Below are positions 53,654 through 63,163 of a stretch of DNA of 64,000 bases, piece after piece. Source of the DNA: an uncultured Acidobacteriaceae bacterium (GTDB taxonomy: Bacteria > Acidobacteriota > Terriglobia > Terriglobales > Acidobacteriaceae); the NCBI GenBank assembly GCA_964530145.1, contig CAZGXY010000080.1, forward strand, positions 70,822 to 134,821, given 5' to 3'. Every line of letters starts with the position of its first letter. The first letter of the stretch is position 1. Made by a program: the position numbers and the translations under genes. The notes under the pieces are model-generated. The model did not search any database. It worked only from the letters and a program-made list of their open reading frames with translations, and was not told where the DNA came from.

Positions 53654-54904
53654 ATGAAAGACACGCTCGGAGTCCTTCTTGCAGGTGGCGCCGGTGAGCG
53701 CCTTTATCCTCTCACCCGAGACCGCGCCAAGCCCGCCGTCACTTTCGGCGGCATGTACCGCATCATCGATATCACTCTCAGCAACTGCCTGAACTCCGAC
53801 CTGCGCTGCGTCTACATCCTTACGCAATACAAAGCGCTTTCGCTGAACCGCCACATCCGTGAGGGCTGGAATATTCTCGGCCGCGAAGTCGGAGAATTCG
53901 TCGAAGTGCTGCCGCCCATGAAGCGCGTCAGCGACCAGTGGTATCAAGGTACGGCCGACGCGGTCTATCAGAATATTTATTCCATCGGCTCCGAGCAGCC
54001 CAAATATGTGCTCATTCTCTCCGGCGATCACATCTACAAGATGGATTACGGCAAAATGCTCACGCAGCATCAGGATTCGGCTGCCGACATCACGCTTGCC
54101 ACCATCCAGATCGATCTTGCTGAGACCTTTCGCTTCGGCGTGGTCGACGTCGACAAGGACGGCCGCATCAACGGCTTCGAAGAAAAGCCCAAAGAGACCG
54201 AACTGCGCTCGCCGTGGAATTCGGAAAAAGTTGCCGGATCGATGGGCGTCTATCTTTTCAATGCCGATGTGCTCATTCCGGCCCTGCTGAAAGACGCCGA
54301 AGACGCGACTTCAAGCCACGACTTCGGCAAAGATATTTTGCCCAGGATGGTCGACGACTACCGCGTCTTCGCCTACGACTTCATCGATGAAAACAAGAAA
54401 GAGGCGCTCTACTGGCGCGACGTGGGCACGCTCGAGGCATACTACGAAGCCAACATGGATATCGTCTCGGTTTCGCCAATCTTCAACCTTTACGACCACG
54501 ACTGGCCGATCCGCACACATCAGCGCCAGTACCCGCCGGCGAAATTTGTTTTTGCCGAAAAAGACCGCATGGGCACCGCGCTCGATTCCATCGTCTCGAA
54601 CGGATGCATCGTCTCCGGCGGCACGGTAAAGAATTCCATTCTCTCGCCTGACGTCCGGGTCAACTCGTACTCCGAAGTCGACTCCTCCATTCTCTTCTCG
54701 CACGTGTCGGTGGGACGCCACTGCCGCGTCCGTCGCTGCATCATCGACCGCAACGTGCACCTGCCCGAAGGCACCACCATCGGCTATGACACCGAAGCCG
54801 ACCGCACCCGCTACTTTGTCACCGACAGCGGCATCACGGTGGTCACACGGGACTACTCGCTGTTCGAGAATCCGGTGACGGTGGACTACTTCACCAGCGA
54901 GTAA
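53654..54904 (+). CDS. glgC: glucose-1-phosphate adenylyltransferase
   Basis: LAGGAGERLYPLTRDRAKPAVTFGG, followed by the left-handed beta-helix C-terminal half. Confidence 0.95.
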   Translation: MKDTLGVLLAGGAGERLYPLTRDRAKPAVTFGGMYRIIDITLSNCLNSDLRCVYILTQYKALSLNRHIREGWNILGREVGEFVEVLPPMKRVSDQWYQGTADAVYQNIYSIGSEQPKYVLILSGDHIYKMDYGKMLTQHQDSAADITLATIQIDLAETFRFGVVDVDKDGRINGFEEKPKETELRSPWNSEKVAGSMGVYLFNADVLIPALLKDAEDATSSHDFGKDILPRMVDDYRVFAYDFIDENKKEALYWRDVGTLEAYYEANMDIVSVSPIFNLYDHDWPIRTHQRQYPPAKFVFAEKDRMGTALDSIVSNGCIVSGGTVKNSILSPDVRVNSYSEVDSSILFSHVSVGRHCRVRRCIIDRNVHLPEGTTIGYDTEADRTRYFVTDSGITVVTRDYSLFENPVTVDYFTSE

Positions 54905-55049
54905 GCGCACGTTGAATGCAAGGCAACCGCCCCAGAAGGGCCTACTCCCTCGATCACGAAGCGCGGCGCCTGCGCGTGACGCGGCAGTCGCTCATCAAGC
55001 TCTGGCTGGCGGAGAGATGGTCCCGACCCTTCTGCGCGAGCCAGCTGTC

Positions 55050-55430
55050 CTACGCAATAACAATTTCGAGGCCGACGGTGTCGATGAAGGCTCTGAAATC
55101 ACCGTCGCGCGTGATCAACGCTATGCGCCGGTCAATACAGCTTTGAGCGATAAGCGCATCCGCCAGGCGTGCCTTGCGCCTCCTTGACAGCACCTTCGCC
55201 CGCAAGCTCCCTGCACGCTGCCAATAGCCCGTTTCAATTTCTACTACAGGTATATGAATGAGGGTTTCTGCAACATCGGAAGGAAGCAGCGGGTCGCTGA
55301 GCAGCTCCGTGAGCACAACCGGCAGCATCACAACTTGCCGGTCTTCGAGCGACCTGTCTAGCAGCTGCGTGTCACGGGCCTTTTCGCCTTCGAGAAAAGC
55401 AATCCAAGTGCTCGTGTCGGCTGCGACCAT
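55050..55430 (-). CDS. vapC: PIN-domain toxin VapC
   Basis: 126 aa with conserved acidic residues in AADTS..., LTELL and ITRDGDF. Confidence 0.85.
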   Translation of the reverse strand: MVAADTSTWIAFLEGEKARDTQLLDRSLEDRQVVMLPVVLTELLSDPLLPSDVAETLIHIPVVEIETGYWQRAGSLRAKVLSRRRKARLADALIAQSCIDRRIALITRDGDFRAFIDTVGLEIVIA

Positions 55431-55468
55431 TCGATTTGGAAAGACAAGAGAGAATCAGCGACTGAACA

Positions 55469-55672
55469 TCAGCGGTCGGCTTTCAGCTCCGCTGCCGTGC
55501 GCGAAAACTTCACTCTGCCTCGCAGTTGGCGCAGGTGCTCGTATGTTCTCGATGCAGCCACGAGTTGTAGCCCAGTGCGCACGGTCTGAGTGATACCTGC
55601 GCGGCTTGCCTGCTGCGCTCTTTCCAGCAGTTGGCTGGGAATTTCGACGGTGATCTTGCGGGGCGTTTCCAT
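55469..55672 (-). CDS. vapB: VapB-type antitoxin (67 aa)
   Basis: Small ORF directly upstream of vapC (38-nt gap). The N-terminus KITVEIPSQLLERAQQAS looks ribbon-helix-helix-like. Confidence 0.7.
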   Translation of the reverse strand: METPRKITVEIPSQLLERAQQASRAGITQTVRTGLQLVAASRTYEHLRQLRGRVKFSRTAAELKADR

Positions 55673-55842
55673 ACCAAGTCAGTATACCATACTCGATACC
55701 AGCTTCGAATATGGTGCCGTTCGTCTTGACGCGACTGCCCCCGCAGCCCCATCGTGCCGTCTACTCAGCCGGGAACGTCATTCTCCCCACTGCTACAATT
55801 CCCTGTTTCACATAGAGTTATGCACGCGTGGGCGAGAACCGC

Positions 55843-55867
55843 GAACTGACGGCTCTACATCCGCGTA
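55843..55867 (+). promoter_or_regulatory. candidate ECF-type promoter (GAAC-N17-CGTA)
   Basis: GAAC (55843-55846), 17-nt spacer, CGTA (55864-55867), about 125 nt upstream of the ECF sigma start. This is a pattern match only. Confidence 0.25.
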
Positions 55868-55928
55868 CTGTCTTGTAGGGGTCTGCTGGTCGCCTGTTGC
55901 AGAGTCCAAAAAACAGCAGGTTCCTTAC

Positions 55929-55958
55929 CGCGCCTTTGGCGCGATTCGGAATGATAAG
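55929..55958 (-). repeat. REP-like element family 1 copy with GC hairpin
   Basis: CGCGCC-TTT-GGCGCG followed by ATTCGGAATGATAAG. The reverse complement TTATCATTCCGAATCGCGCC matches the 52706 copy. Confidence 0.5.
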
Positions 55959-55991
55959 ACTTGAGCAGTAGCTGCTTTCCCAGGAGCTCGA

Positions 55992-56591
55992 TTGGAAGAC
56001 GTCCAGGTAACGGCGATGCTGGTCCGGCGCTGTATCGCCGGAGATGCTGCTGCCTGGGAGGAAATCGTTCAGAACTACAACCGGCGCATCTACAACATCT
56101 GCTACCGCTTCGCCGGATCGGCCAACGACGCCGAAGACCTTACCCAGGAAGTTTTCATCAAGATGTACCGAACGCTTGCGAGCTATGACAGCTCGAAGGG
56201 GGCGTTCGTCACCTGGGTGACAACCATCACCCGCAACCTGCTGGTCGACCACTTCCGCAAGACCAAGCAAGACCGGCTGACCGACTCGCTCGATGCTCCG
56301 GTTTCCGCACAGGAGGATGCGCAGCCGCTCAGCGAGCAAATTCATGACCAATCTGCGCCTCCTGACTCGCGCGTGCGTAGTCGCGAAGCCTCGGAGGCCG
56401 TTCACGCGGCCCTGGGAAAGCTCTCGCCCGAACTGCGCGAGGCAGTGATTCTACGAGACTTACAGGATTTTGATTACCGGGAAATCGCAACCGTTTTGAA
56501 GGTTCCGGAGGGGACTGTGAAAAGTCGAATAAATCGTGGACGCGCGGAACTTGCGCGCCTTCTACAACGTACCTATAGGCAGGTGATGTGA
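55992..56591 (+). CDS. ECF-subfamily RNA polymerase sigma-70 factor
   Basis: Region 2 (DAEDLTQEVFIKMYRTL...FVTWVTTITRNLLVDHFRK) and region 4 HTH (DYREIATVLKVPEGTVKSRINRGRAEL). TTG start with AGGAG 5 nt upstream; ATG 56016 is an alternative. Confidence 0.92.
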   Translation: MEDVQVTAMLVRRCIAGDAAAWEEIVQNYNRRIYNICYRFAGSANDAEDLTQEVFIKMYRTLASYDSSKGAFVTWVTTITRNLLVDHFRKTKQDRLTDSLDAPVSAQEDAQPLSEQIHDQSAPPDSRVRSREASEAVHAALGKLSPELREAVILRDLQDFDYREIATVLKVPEGTVKSRINRGRAELARLLQRTYRQVM

Positions 56592-57412
56592 TGCCAGATC
56601 ACACCAAGAACGACTTAACCAGTAACGGAATGCAATGTCAGGAGTTTGACAACCTGCTCTCCGACGCGCTCGATGGCGCCGCGAGCGGCTTGCAGCTCGA
56701 CCGCTTCCACGCTCATGCGCGGATTTGCTCCGCGTGCGGGCCGCTGCTTGCCGAAGTCGAGGCGGGACGCAACTGGCTGAAGGATCTCACGGAGGTGGAG
56801 CCTCCAGCCGGCCTGGTCAACAACATTCTGGCATCCACGACGGGCGTTGACACCCAACGCCTGCGGTTGAACGTGGGCGCGCCGGCGCGAGTTTCATCTG
56901 CCGGGCCGTCATGGTGGGAGCGTGCGCAAGCCTGGGCTTCGGATGCACTGCAGCCCGTCTGGGGCACAGTGCGGCAGCCGAGATTCGCCATGTCGTTCGG
57001 CATGGCGTTCTTCTCGATCTCGGTTGCGCTCAGCGTGCTTGGCGTGAAAAACACCGACCTGCGGCAGCTCAGCCTGCGGCCAACCGCGATTCGCCACACG
57101 TACTACAACACGCAAGCCCGCGTGGTCCGGTACTATGACAACATCAAACTGGTTTATGAGGTGCAGGCCGCGGTGCGCGAACTCAAGCGCAACGTAACGC
57201 CCGCCGAGCCTGCCCCAGGTGAATCGGCGCCCGACAAGAAGGAGCACAAGAACGACACAACACAACAGCCCGAGCAGAAGCAGGAGCGCAATTACAGCCA
57301 GCGCGACACAAACGTCATTCTGGCAAACGCTCCGCTGGGTCCATCTGTCTTTGATCCGTCAAATCCGGATCTGCCTGTAGTGTCGGTGACCACGTACAGG
57401 AGGTTCGTATGA
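56588..57412 (+). CDS. zinc-binding (ZAS-type) anti-sigma factor, single TM
   Basis: H-x3-C-x2-C motif (HARICSAC) in the N-terminal roughly 60 aa; TM FAMSFGMAFFSISVALSVLGV. The start overlaps the sigma stop. Confidence 0.78.
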   Translation: MMPDHTKNDLTSNGMQCQEFDNLLSDALDGAASGLQLDRFHAHARICSACGPLLAEVEAGRNWLKDLTEVEPPAGLVNNILASTTGVDTQRLRLNVGAPARVSSAGPSWWERAQAWASDALQPVWGTVRQPRFAMSFGMAFFSISVALSVLGVKNTDLRQLSLRPTAIRHTYYNTQARVVRYYDNIKLVYEVQAAVRELKRNVTPAEPAPGESAPDKKEHKNDTTQQPEQKQERNYSQRDTNVILANAPLGPSVFDPSNPDLPVVSVTTYRRFV

Positions 57413-58443
57413 ACTGCGCCACGCATCCCGATATTGCCGCAGTGGCCTTCTGCCGCACTTGCGGCAAGCCGCTCTGCGCCAACTGCACCCGCGACGTTCG
57501 CGGAGTCGTTTACTGCGAGCCTTGCCTCGCCGCAAGACTGGAGGGGACTCAGCCGCCCGCGCCCGGCACTGTTCCGCCGGTTCAAAACTATGCACCGCCC
57601 GCGGCAGGTTTCGTTCCGTCCGCGCAAAATGCATATCCACCCACGGGAACTCCGGCGGCTCCCATGCGTACGTCGGGCGGCCCCAATCCAGCAGTCGCCG
57701 GAATCCTCGCCGGATTTTTTCCCTTCGGTGTGGGGGCGGTTTACTGCTCGCAATATGCCAAGGGACTCGCTCACCTGATCATCTTTGCGATGCTGGTCTT
57801 CGCTTCCGACCACGCTGGACGCTGGGATTGGGTCTTCGGCCTGGGAATCGCATTTTTCTACGTCTACCAAATCATCGATGCAGTACGCACCGCTCACGCG
57901 ATTCAGGCTGGCCAGCCCGTGCCCGATCCTTACGGATTGGGGCAAACTTTCAGTCTCGGTGATCGCACTGAGCCGAAAAATGTCCCGGCAGTCGCGATAG
58001 TGTTGATCGGCCTGGGTGTGCTTTTCTTCCTGCACACCATGAATATCTTCGAGTTCGGACTGGACCGCTTCTGGCCGCTGCTTCTGATCTTCTTCGGTGG
58101 ATGGATGTTCGCCAAGCAATGGGGAATTATCGGCGCCTGCCGCGGCTGCCAGTGTGACCGTTGCCGCATGCGCAGGCTCATGGGACCGGCTGTGCTGATG
58201 ACCATCGGCATTCTGTTCCTGCTGCAAAGTCTCGGAGTTGTCGACTTTGACCGCACCTGGCCCGCGATTCTGCTCGTGATCGGCATCGTGAAGCTCTTGC
58301 AGAGCAACGCGTCGTCTGCCGGGCATACTGGCGTGTTTCCGCTGGGGCGGCCCGTGGTCACGCCGCCTCCGCCGGTTCCGCCCGCCAATCCCGGCGCGGC
58401 GCCGCCTGCGTCATCCTCCGGAGGGGAGGTGCGCAATGTCTAG
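57409..58443 (+). CDS. B-box-like zinc-finger membrane protein with LiaF/LiaI-like TM hairpins
   Basis: N-terminus CATHPDIAAVAFCRTCGKPLCANCTRDVRGVVYCEPC, a Pro-rich linker, and at least 5 TM segments. Contains FWPLLLIFFGGWM and TWPAILLVIGIVK, plus the internal CRGCQCDRC. ATGA overlap with the anti-sigma stop and an AGGAGG SD. Confidence 0.75.
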   Translation: MNCATHPDIAAVAFCRTCGKPLCANCTRDVRGVVYCEPCLAARLEGTQPPAPGTVPPVQNYAPPAAGFVPSAQNAYPPTGTPAAPMRTSGGPNPAVAGILAGFFPFGVGAVYCSQYAKGLAHLIIFAMLVFASDHAGRWDWVFGLGIAFFYVYQIIDAVRTAHAIQAGQPVPDPYGLGQTFSLGDRTEPKNVPAVAIVLIGLGVLFFLHTMNIFEFGLDRFWPLLLIFFGGWMFAKQWGIIGACRGCQCDRCRMRRLMGPAVLMTIGILFLLQSLGVVDFDRTWPAILLVIGIVKLLQSNASSAGHTGVFPLGRPVVTPPPPVPPANPGAAPPASSSGGEVRNV

Positions 58444-59938
58444 TCCCATCCAACCACCCGTGCAGCCTCTTCCGCCGCCCTACCGTCACCGCCGCTCGTT
58501 CGCCGGGCCGTTCGTGCTGATCATTCTCGGCCTCGTGTTCCTACTCGGCAACCTCCACATGATTTCGTGGGCTCGCCTGGGGATGCTTTTCGCGCATTAC
58601 TGGCCGCTGCTGTTGATTCTTTGGGGGATCATCAAGATCGTCGAATATCAGCAAGCTCAGCGTGATGGCGTTCCTTCACGCGGCATCGGCGCAGGCGGCG
58701 TCTTTCTCATCTTCATGATCGTGGTCTGCGGTCTGATCTCCACGCACGCCGCCCGCTTCCACTGGGACGAACTGCGCGACAACCTGCAGATAGACGACAA
58801 CGACCTGGATAACATGTTCGGAGAGACTTTCAACTTCGACGATCATCTCGAACAGGAGATCCCCCCCAGCGTCACCAGCCTGCGCGTGAACAATGAGCAC
58901 GGTGCCGTTCGAATCAGCGCCTCCGATGACAACAAGATCACGGTCACCGTCCGCAAGAAAATCGGCGCCGATGGCCAGAGCGATGCCGATAAATACAACA
59001 CCCAGACCAAGCCGACGATCACCGCGGCCGGCAACGTCATGGTGCTCGACGCCAAAGCCCAGGCCGGCAACCACTCGGTAGAAAACGATCTCGACATCGC
59101 CGTTCCGCGCAAGCTGCAGGTGCAGATTACTTCGCGCCGTGGCGACGTGTCCGTTACCGACCGTGAAGCGGAGATTGACATCAACAGCCAGCACGGCGAC
59201 GTGTCCGTGGAGAACATCAAGGGAAGTGTTCAGCTGAATCTGGAAAAAAGTTCGGCGAAAGTCGAGCAGGTTACCGGCGACGTCCACATCGATGGCCGCC
59301 TGAATGAGGTTTCAGTCACCGACGTCAAAGGCTCGCTCCAGCTCGACGGCGAGTTCGGCGAGAGCGTCAAACTGGCTCGCATCGCCAAAAACGTTGTCTT
59401 CAAATCATCCCGCACCGATCTTGAGTTCTCCCGCATTGACGGCGAGCTCGATCTCGATTCCGACGATCTTCACGCCGAGCAACTGACCGGACCGGTGCAT
59501 CTGGTGACCCGCTCGAAGCAGATCAATCTGGAAGATGTCTCGGGCGATGTGCGCGTGGAAGATGCCAATGGCGGCATTGAAATCTCCATGCGGTCACTGG
59601 GCAACGTGCAGATCGACAATCGCAATGGCGACGTGCATCTCAGCGTTCCCGACAAAGCTGGATTCCACGTCGACGCCCACGCCCGCGACGGCGAGATCCA
59701 ATCCGATTTCTCCGACGTAAAGATCGACAGCAACGATCACGAATCCAAAGCCAGCGGCACCATAGGCAACGGCGCATCGCACATCGTGATCAACAACGAA
59801 CACGATGGCATCGAGATTCGCAGGAACTCGTCCAAGGCGTCGGCCGCGGCGCCGGTTCCGCCAGAACCGCCGCTTCCGCCCAAGCCTGGCCGAAACCTGC
59901 CCGCGCCAAAATCGAAAGTCGAGCCGACAGAAAACTGA
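58436..59938 (+). CDS. membrane-anchored DUF4097-like (putative adhesin/beta-helix) protein
   Basis: N-terminal TM hairpin with YWPLLLILWGIIK. It is followed by repeated beta-strand units GDVSVTD, GDVSVEN, GDVHIDG, EVSVTD, GDVRVED, GDVHLSV. Pro-rich C-terminus. An 8-nt overlap with the previous gene and a GGAGGGGAGG SD. Confidence 0.75.
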   Translation: MSSPIQPPVQPLPPPYRHRRSFAGPFVLIILGLVFLLGNLHMISWARLGMLFAHYWPLLLILWGIIKIVEYQQAQRDGVPSRGIGAGGVFLIFMIVVCGLISTHAARFHWDELRDNLQIDDNDLDNMFGETFNFDDHLEQEIPPSVTSLRVNNEHGAVRISASDDNKITVTVRKKIGADGQSDADKYNTQTKPTITAAGNVMVLDAKAQAGNHSVENDLDIAVPRKLQVQITSRRGDVSVTDREAEIDINSQHGDVSVENIKGSVQLNLEKSSAKVEQVTGDVHIDGRLNEVSVTDVKGSLQLDGEFGESVKLARIAKNVVFKSSRTDLEFSRIDGELDLDSDDLHAEQLTGPVHLVTRSKQINLEDVSGDVRVEDANGGIEISMRSLGNVQIDNRNGDVHLSVPDKAGFHVDAHARDGEIQSDFSDVKIDSNDHESKASGTIGNGASHIVINNEHDGIEIRRNSSKASAAAPVPPEPPLPPKPGRNLPAPKSKVEPTEN

Positions 59939-60063
59939 AGCTCGCGACACACCGGTTTTCTCGGGCGACGGCATGGCCAATCGATGCTTAGATACTTTTG
60001 CCTTCCACTTCGCCATCTGCGAAACTGACGACGGTCATCGATACCACTTGAGAAGCGCTGCGC

Positions 60064-62088
60064 ATGGGCAAAATCCACATTCTCTCCGAATCCGTCGCCA
60101 ACAAGATCGCCGCTGGAGAAGTTGTCGAGCGCCCAGCCTCGGTCGTCAAGGAACTTCTTGAGAACTCTCTCGACGCCGGCGCAACCCGCATCAGGATCAA
60201 CATTGAAGCTGGCGGAAAAAAGCTTATCCAGATCACCGACAATGGATGCGGCATGGTCCGTGACGACGCCATGCTTGCCTTCGAGCGCCACGCCACTTCG
60301 AAACTCAAAGAGGCCGACGACCTCCTGAGAGTGAGCACGCTGGGTTTCCGCGGCGAGGCGTTGCCATCCATTGCCTCGGTGTCGCGGCTCCATCTCGAAA
60401 CACGCGCCGCTGAATCTCCCTCCGGCACGATCATCGAAATCAACGGCGGCAAGATCGCCCGAGTCGAAGAAGCCGGGCTTCCCGAAGGAACTTCGATCAC
60501 TATTCGCGACCTCTTCTTTAACACTCCCGCACGCAAGAAATTCTTAAGAGCCGAATCCACCGAACTCTCGCACATTGCCTCGCTGGTCACGCATTACGCC
60601 CTGGCGCACCCCGATAAACATTTCGAGTTGCACTCCGCCACCAATGCCCTGCTGGTCGCACCTCCGGTCGCCGGATACAGTGAGCGCGTCTATCAGGTTT
60701 TCGGTAAAGAAACTCTCGACCAGTTGATCGCGGTCGCCGCCATGCAAAAACTTGAACACATCGGCCTGCCGCAACCACCTCCCTGGCGGCGGCAACAACT
60801 CGAAGCTCAACCACGGGCGGATGAAGAAGCCATCGAGCCTGCCGATCCCGGCGAGATGCGCCTGCACGGCTTCGTCTCGAAACCGGAGATCCAGAAACTG
60901 AACCGCAACTCAATTTTTGTCTTCGTCAACGGACGCCTCATCCGCGACCGCCTCATCCAGCACGCATTGACTGAGGCGTACCGCAATATCATTCCGCCGA
61001 CGGTTTACCCGGTCGTCCTGCTTTTTCTTGAAATGCCTGCGGCCGAGGTCGACGTCAACGTGCATCCCTCGAAGACTGAGGTCCGCTTTCGCCAATCCAC
61101 CGCAATGCACGATTTTGTGCGCGACACGGTGCGCGCGGCGCTGATGAAGGCCCGTCCAGTACCCCAGTTCACCACGGAAATTCGCGCCCACGCCACGGCG
61201 AGTCCGGGTCTTACGCCCGGGGCGAGAGACGGCGAGCCTTCCGATTTGGCCGCGGCATCGGCTGGCTGGAATCGCCAGCCTGACGACAGCGGCAATGGTT
61301 TCTCATTGCAAGCTCCACAACTACCACCGGGTTCCTCCCGCTTTCAGTTCGAAGGCGGCATCGCCGTCGAAGCCAACGCCGCCGTGCCCGTTGCTCGTGG
61401 CCTGCTCGAACATTCGTTCACGCAGCGCTCCGAAACGGTTCCCGACAACGGCTGCGCCACAGCGATCGATTTTGCCGAAGAGAGCGAAGAACTCTCCACG
61501 CTGGCTGCGCTCTCCACGCTTCACCCGCTTGGCCAGATCCGCAACTCCTTCATCCTTGCTACCAACGAAGACGGACTGTGGATCATCGATCAGCACGTCG
61601 CCCACGAACGGGTGCTCTTCGAGCGCATTCTCAAACAGCGTGCCGCGCAAAAAGTCGAAAGCCAGCGCCTGCTCATACCGCTCGTCCTCGAGCTTTCTCC
61701 CGCGCAGCAAGTTATCTTCGCCGAGATCGCAGACGAACTCGCCCACAACGGATTCGAGGCGGAACCCTTCGGCGCACGCAGCATAGCCGTCAAAGTCGCG
61801 CCTGCCGGGGTCGACGCTGCGCAGGTTGAACACATGCTTCACGAACTGCTCGATCAGATCTCGCGCGAAGAGCAATCCCTAAACCTGGAAAAAATCCGCA
61901 GCCGCATCGCCGCCTCGATTGCCTGCCACGCCGCGATCAAAGTCAACATGCCGCTCGAACAAAATAAAATGGACTGGCTGCTCGCCGAGCTCGCCAAAAC
62001 CGACCACCCGATGTCCTGCCCGCACGGCCGCCCCGTCGTTCTGCGGTATTCTGTTAAGGACATTCAGAAAGCGTTCAAGAGAATCTAG
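60064..62088 (+). CDS. mutL: DNA mismatch repair endonuclease MutL
   Basis: GHKL ATPase N-terminus VANKIAAGEVVERPASVVKELLENSLDAG. The C-terminal endonuclease motif DQHVAHERVLFE (DQHAxxExxxxE type) implies a MutH-independent system. Confidence 0.96.
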   Translation: MGKIHILSESVANKIAAGEVVERPASVVKELLENSLDAGATRIRINIEAGGKKLIQITDNGCGMVRDDAMLAFERHATSKLKEADDLLRVSTLGFRGEALPSIASVSRLHLETRAAESPSGTIIEINGGKIARVEEAGLPEGTSITIRDLFFNTPARKKFLRAESTELSHIASLVTHYALAHPDKHFELHSATNALLVAPPVAGYSERVYQVFGKETLDQLIAVAAMQKLEHIGLPQPPPWRRQQLEAQPRADEEAIEPADPGEMRLHGFVSKPEIQKLNRNSIFVFVNGRLIRDRLIQHALTEAYRNIIPPTVYPVVLLFLEMPAAEVDVNVHPSKTEVRFRQSTAMHDFVRDTVRAALMKARPVPQFTTEIRAHATASPGLTPGARDGEPSDLAAASAGWNRQPDDSGNGFSLQAPQLPPGSSRFQFEGGIAVEANAAVPVARGLLEHSFTQRSETVPDNGCATAIDFAEESEELSTLAALSTLHPLGQIRNSFILATNEDGLWIIDQHVAHERVLFERILKQRAAQKVESQRLLIPLVLELSPAQQVIFAEIADELAHNGFEAEPFGARSIAVKVAPAGVDAAQVEHMLHELLDQISREEQSLNLEKIRSRIAASIACHAAIKVNMPLEQNKMDWLLAELAKTDHPMSCPHGRPVVLRYSVKDIQKAFKRI

Positions 62089-62166
62089 CCATGAGATGTG
62101 AGCGACGGGCTCCGGGCTTGATGCCTGGTTGGCTCGCAGCGCGTAGCTCGTTGCCCACAGTTTTTT

Positions 62167-63051
62167 ATGACCGAGCAGGACCTTCACCAACTCCGCCGCG
62201 AAAAATGGCGCCTCGATGGCAAGCCCATCTGCACCATCGAAGACGCTCGCGCCTTTATCGAGTCCGTCGGATTCTGCCTGATGTATCCCACGCGGCCGCC
62301 GATGCCGGTGCCCACATTCATCGGCGCATTCGCCGGATCGGACAATCACCTGCCCACCTGGCAGCATGCGTTCTCCGATCCCCGCGCCATCGATGCCACC
62401 AGCCTCATGGTTCGCCTGCTGCGCGAGCGCTCCGCTTACGAAGCCAACATCTTCGACGAGAACAACGCATTCCTCATCGCCGCCTCGGCGTTTCCTTTTT
62501 TCTACGCGCTGGCCGGCGAGCGCAATCCGAAGCTCGCGCCCAAGCAGGGGCCGCGCTCCCCTTACTCGCCTTTGGCTTGCGATGCCTTTGAATTAATCCT
62601 CCGCGACGGCCCAATCTCCAAAGAAAGATTGCAGGAGGCTCTCGGCAAGAGCATTTCCCTTCCCGCGCTCGACAAAGCGCTCGGCGAACTCTTCGCCAAG
62701 CTGCGTATCACCCGCGTCGATTACAAGGCAAGCGGAGGCGGCTCTTACTGGGACGTGCTTTACCGGTGGTCTCCCGACGCGGTCCGCGAAGCCATCAATA
62801 TTTCCGTGCCGCAGGCGCTCTCGGCGCTGGTCTCGAAATACCTCGACTGCGTGGTCGCCGCCGAGCCCTCCGAGATTGAAATCTTTCTGGGAAATTTTGT
62901 CGCCCGCTCGCGCGTGAAGGATGCGATCAACGCACTGCTCGCCGCCCGTGAGATCAGCTTCGTTCATGTTGCAGGAAAATCAATGTTGCAGATAACCCCC
63001 GCGAAAGAGATCGCAACGCCTTCGGCCAGACCGCATCGCGCTGCCAGGTGA
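62167..63051 (+). CDS. hypothetical protein (294 aa)
   Basis: Clean ORF between mutL and cmk. It is helical with a possible winged-helix-like segment (ISKERLQEALGKSISLPALDKALGELFAKLRI), but I cannot place the family. Confidence 0.55.
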   Translation: MTEQDLHQLRREKWRLDGKPICTIEDARAFIESVGFCLMYPTRPPMPVPTFIGAFAGSDNHLPTWQHAFSDPRAIDATSLMVRLLRERSAYEANIFDENNAFLIAASAFPFFYALAGERNPKLAPKQGPRSPYSPLACDAFELILRDGPISKERLQEALGKSISLPALDKALGELFAKLRITRVDYKASGGGSYWDVLYRWSPDAVREAINISVPQALSALVSKYLDCVVAAEPSEIEIFLGNFVARSRVKDAINALLAAREISFVHVAGKSMLQITPAKEIATPSARPHRAAR

Positions 63052-63075
63052 TTGACTTCGAGAATCTCGGTGCGC

Positions 63076-63097
63076 CTCTGCGTCCTCCGCGGTAAAG
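63076..63097 (+). repeat. REP-like element family 2 copy
   Basis: CTCTGCGTCCTCCGCGGTAAAG lies in the spacer upstream of cmk. Compare CTCTGTGGCCCTGTGGTGAAG at 46663. Confidence 0.4.
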
Positions 63098-63163
63098 AAC
63101 TTCGCCGGAGCCCTCACGGAAGCCGATTCCAGGCCGCCACCGTGTACAATCGTCGTTTGCCAA

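Noticed and set aside
57292-58326. 344-aa ORF antisense to the B-box membrane protein gene
   Set aside because: It is equal in length by coincidence. The plus-strand product has a zinc finger, TM segments, an ATGA-coupled start and an AGGAGG SD. The antisense product is featureless.
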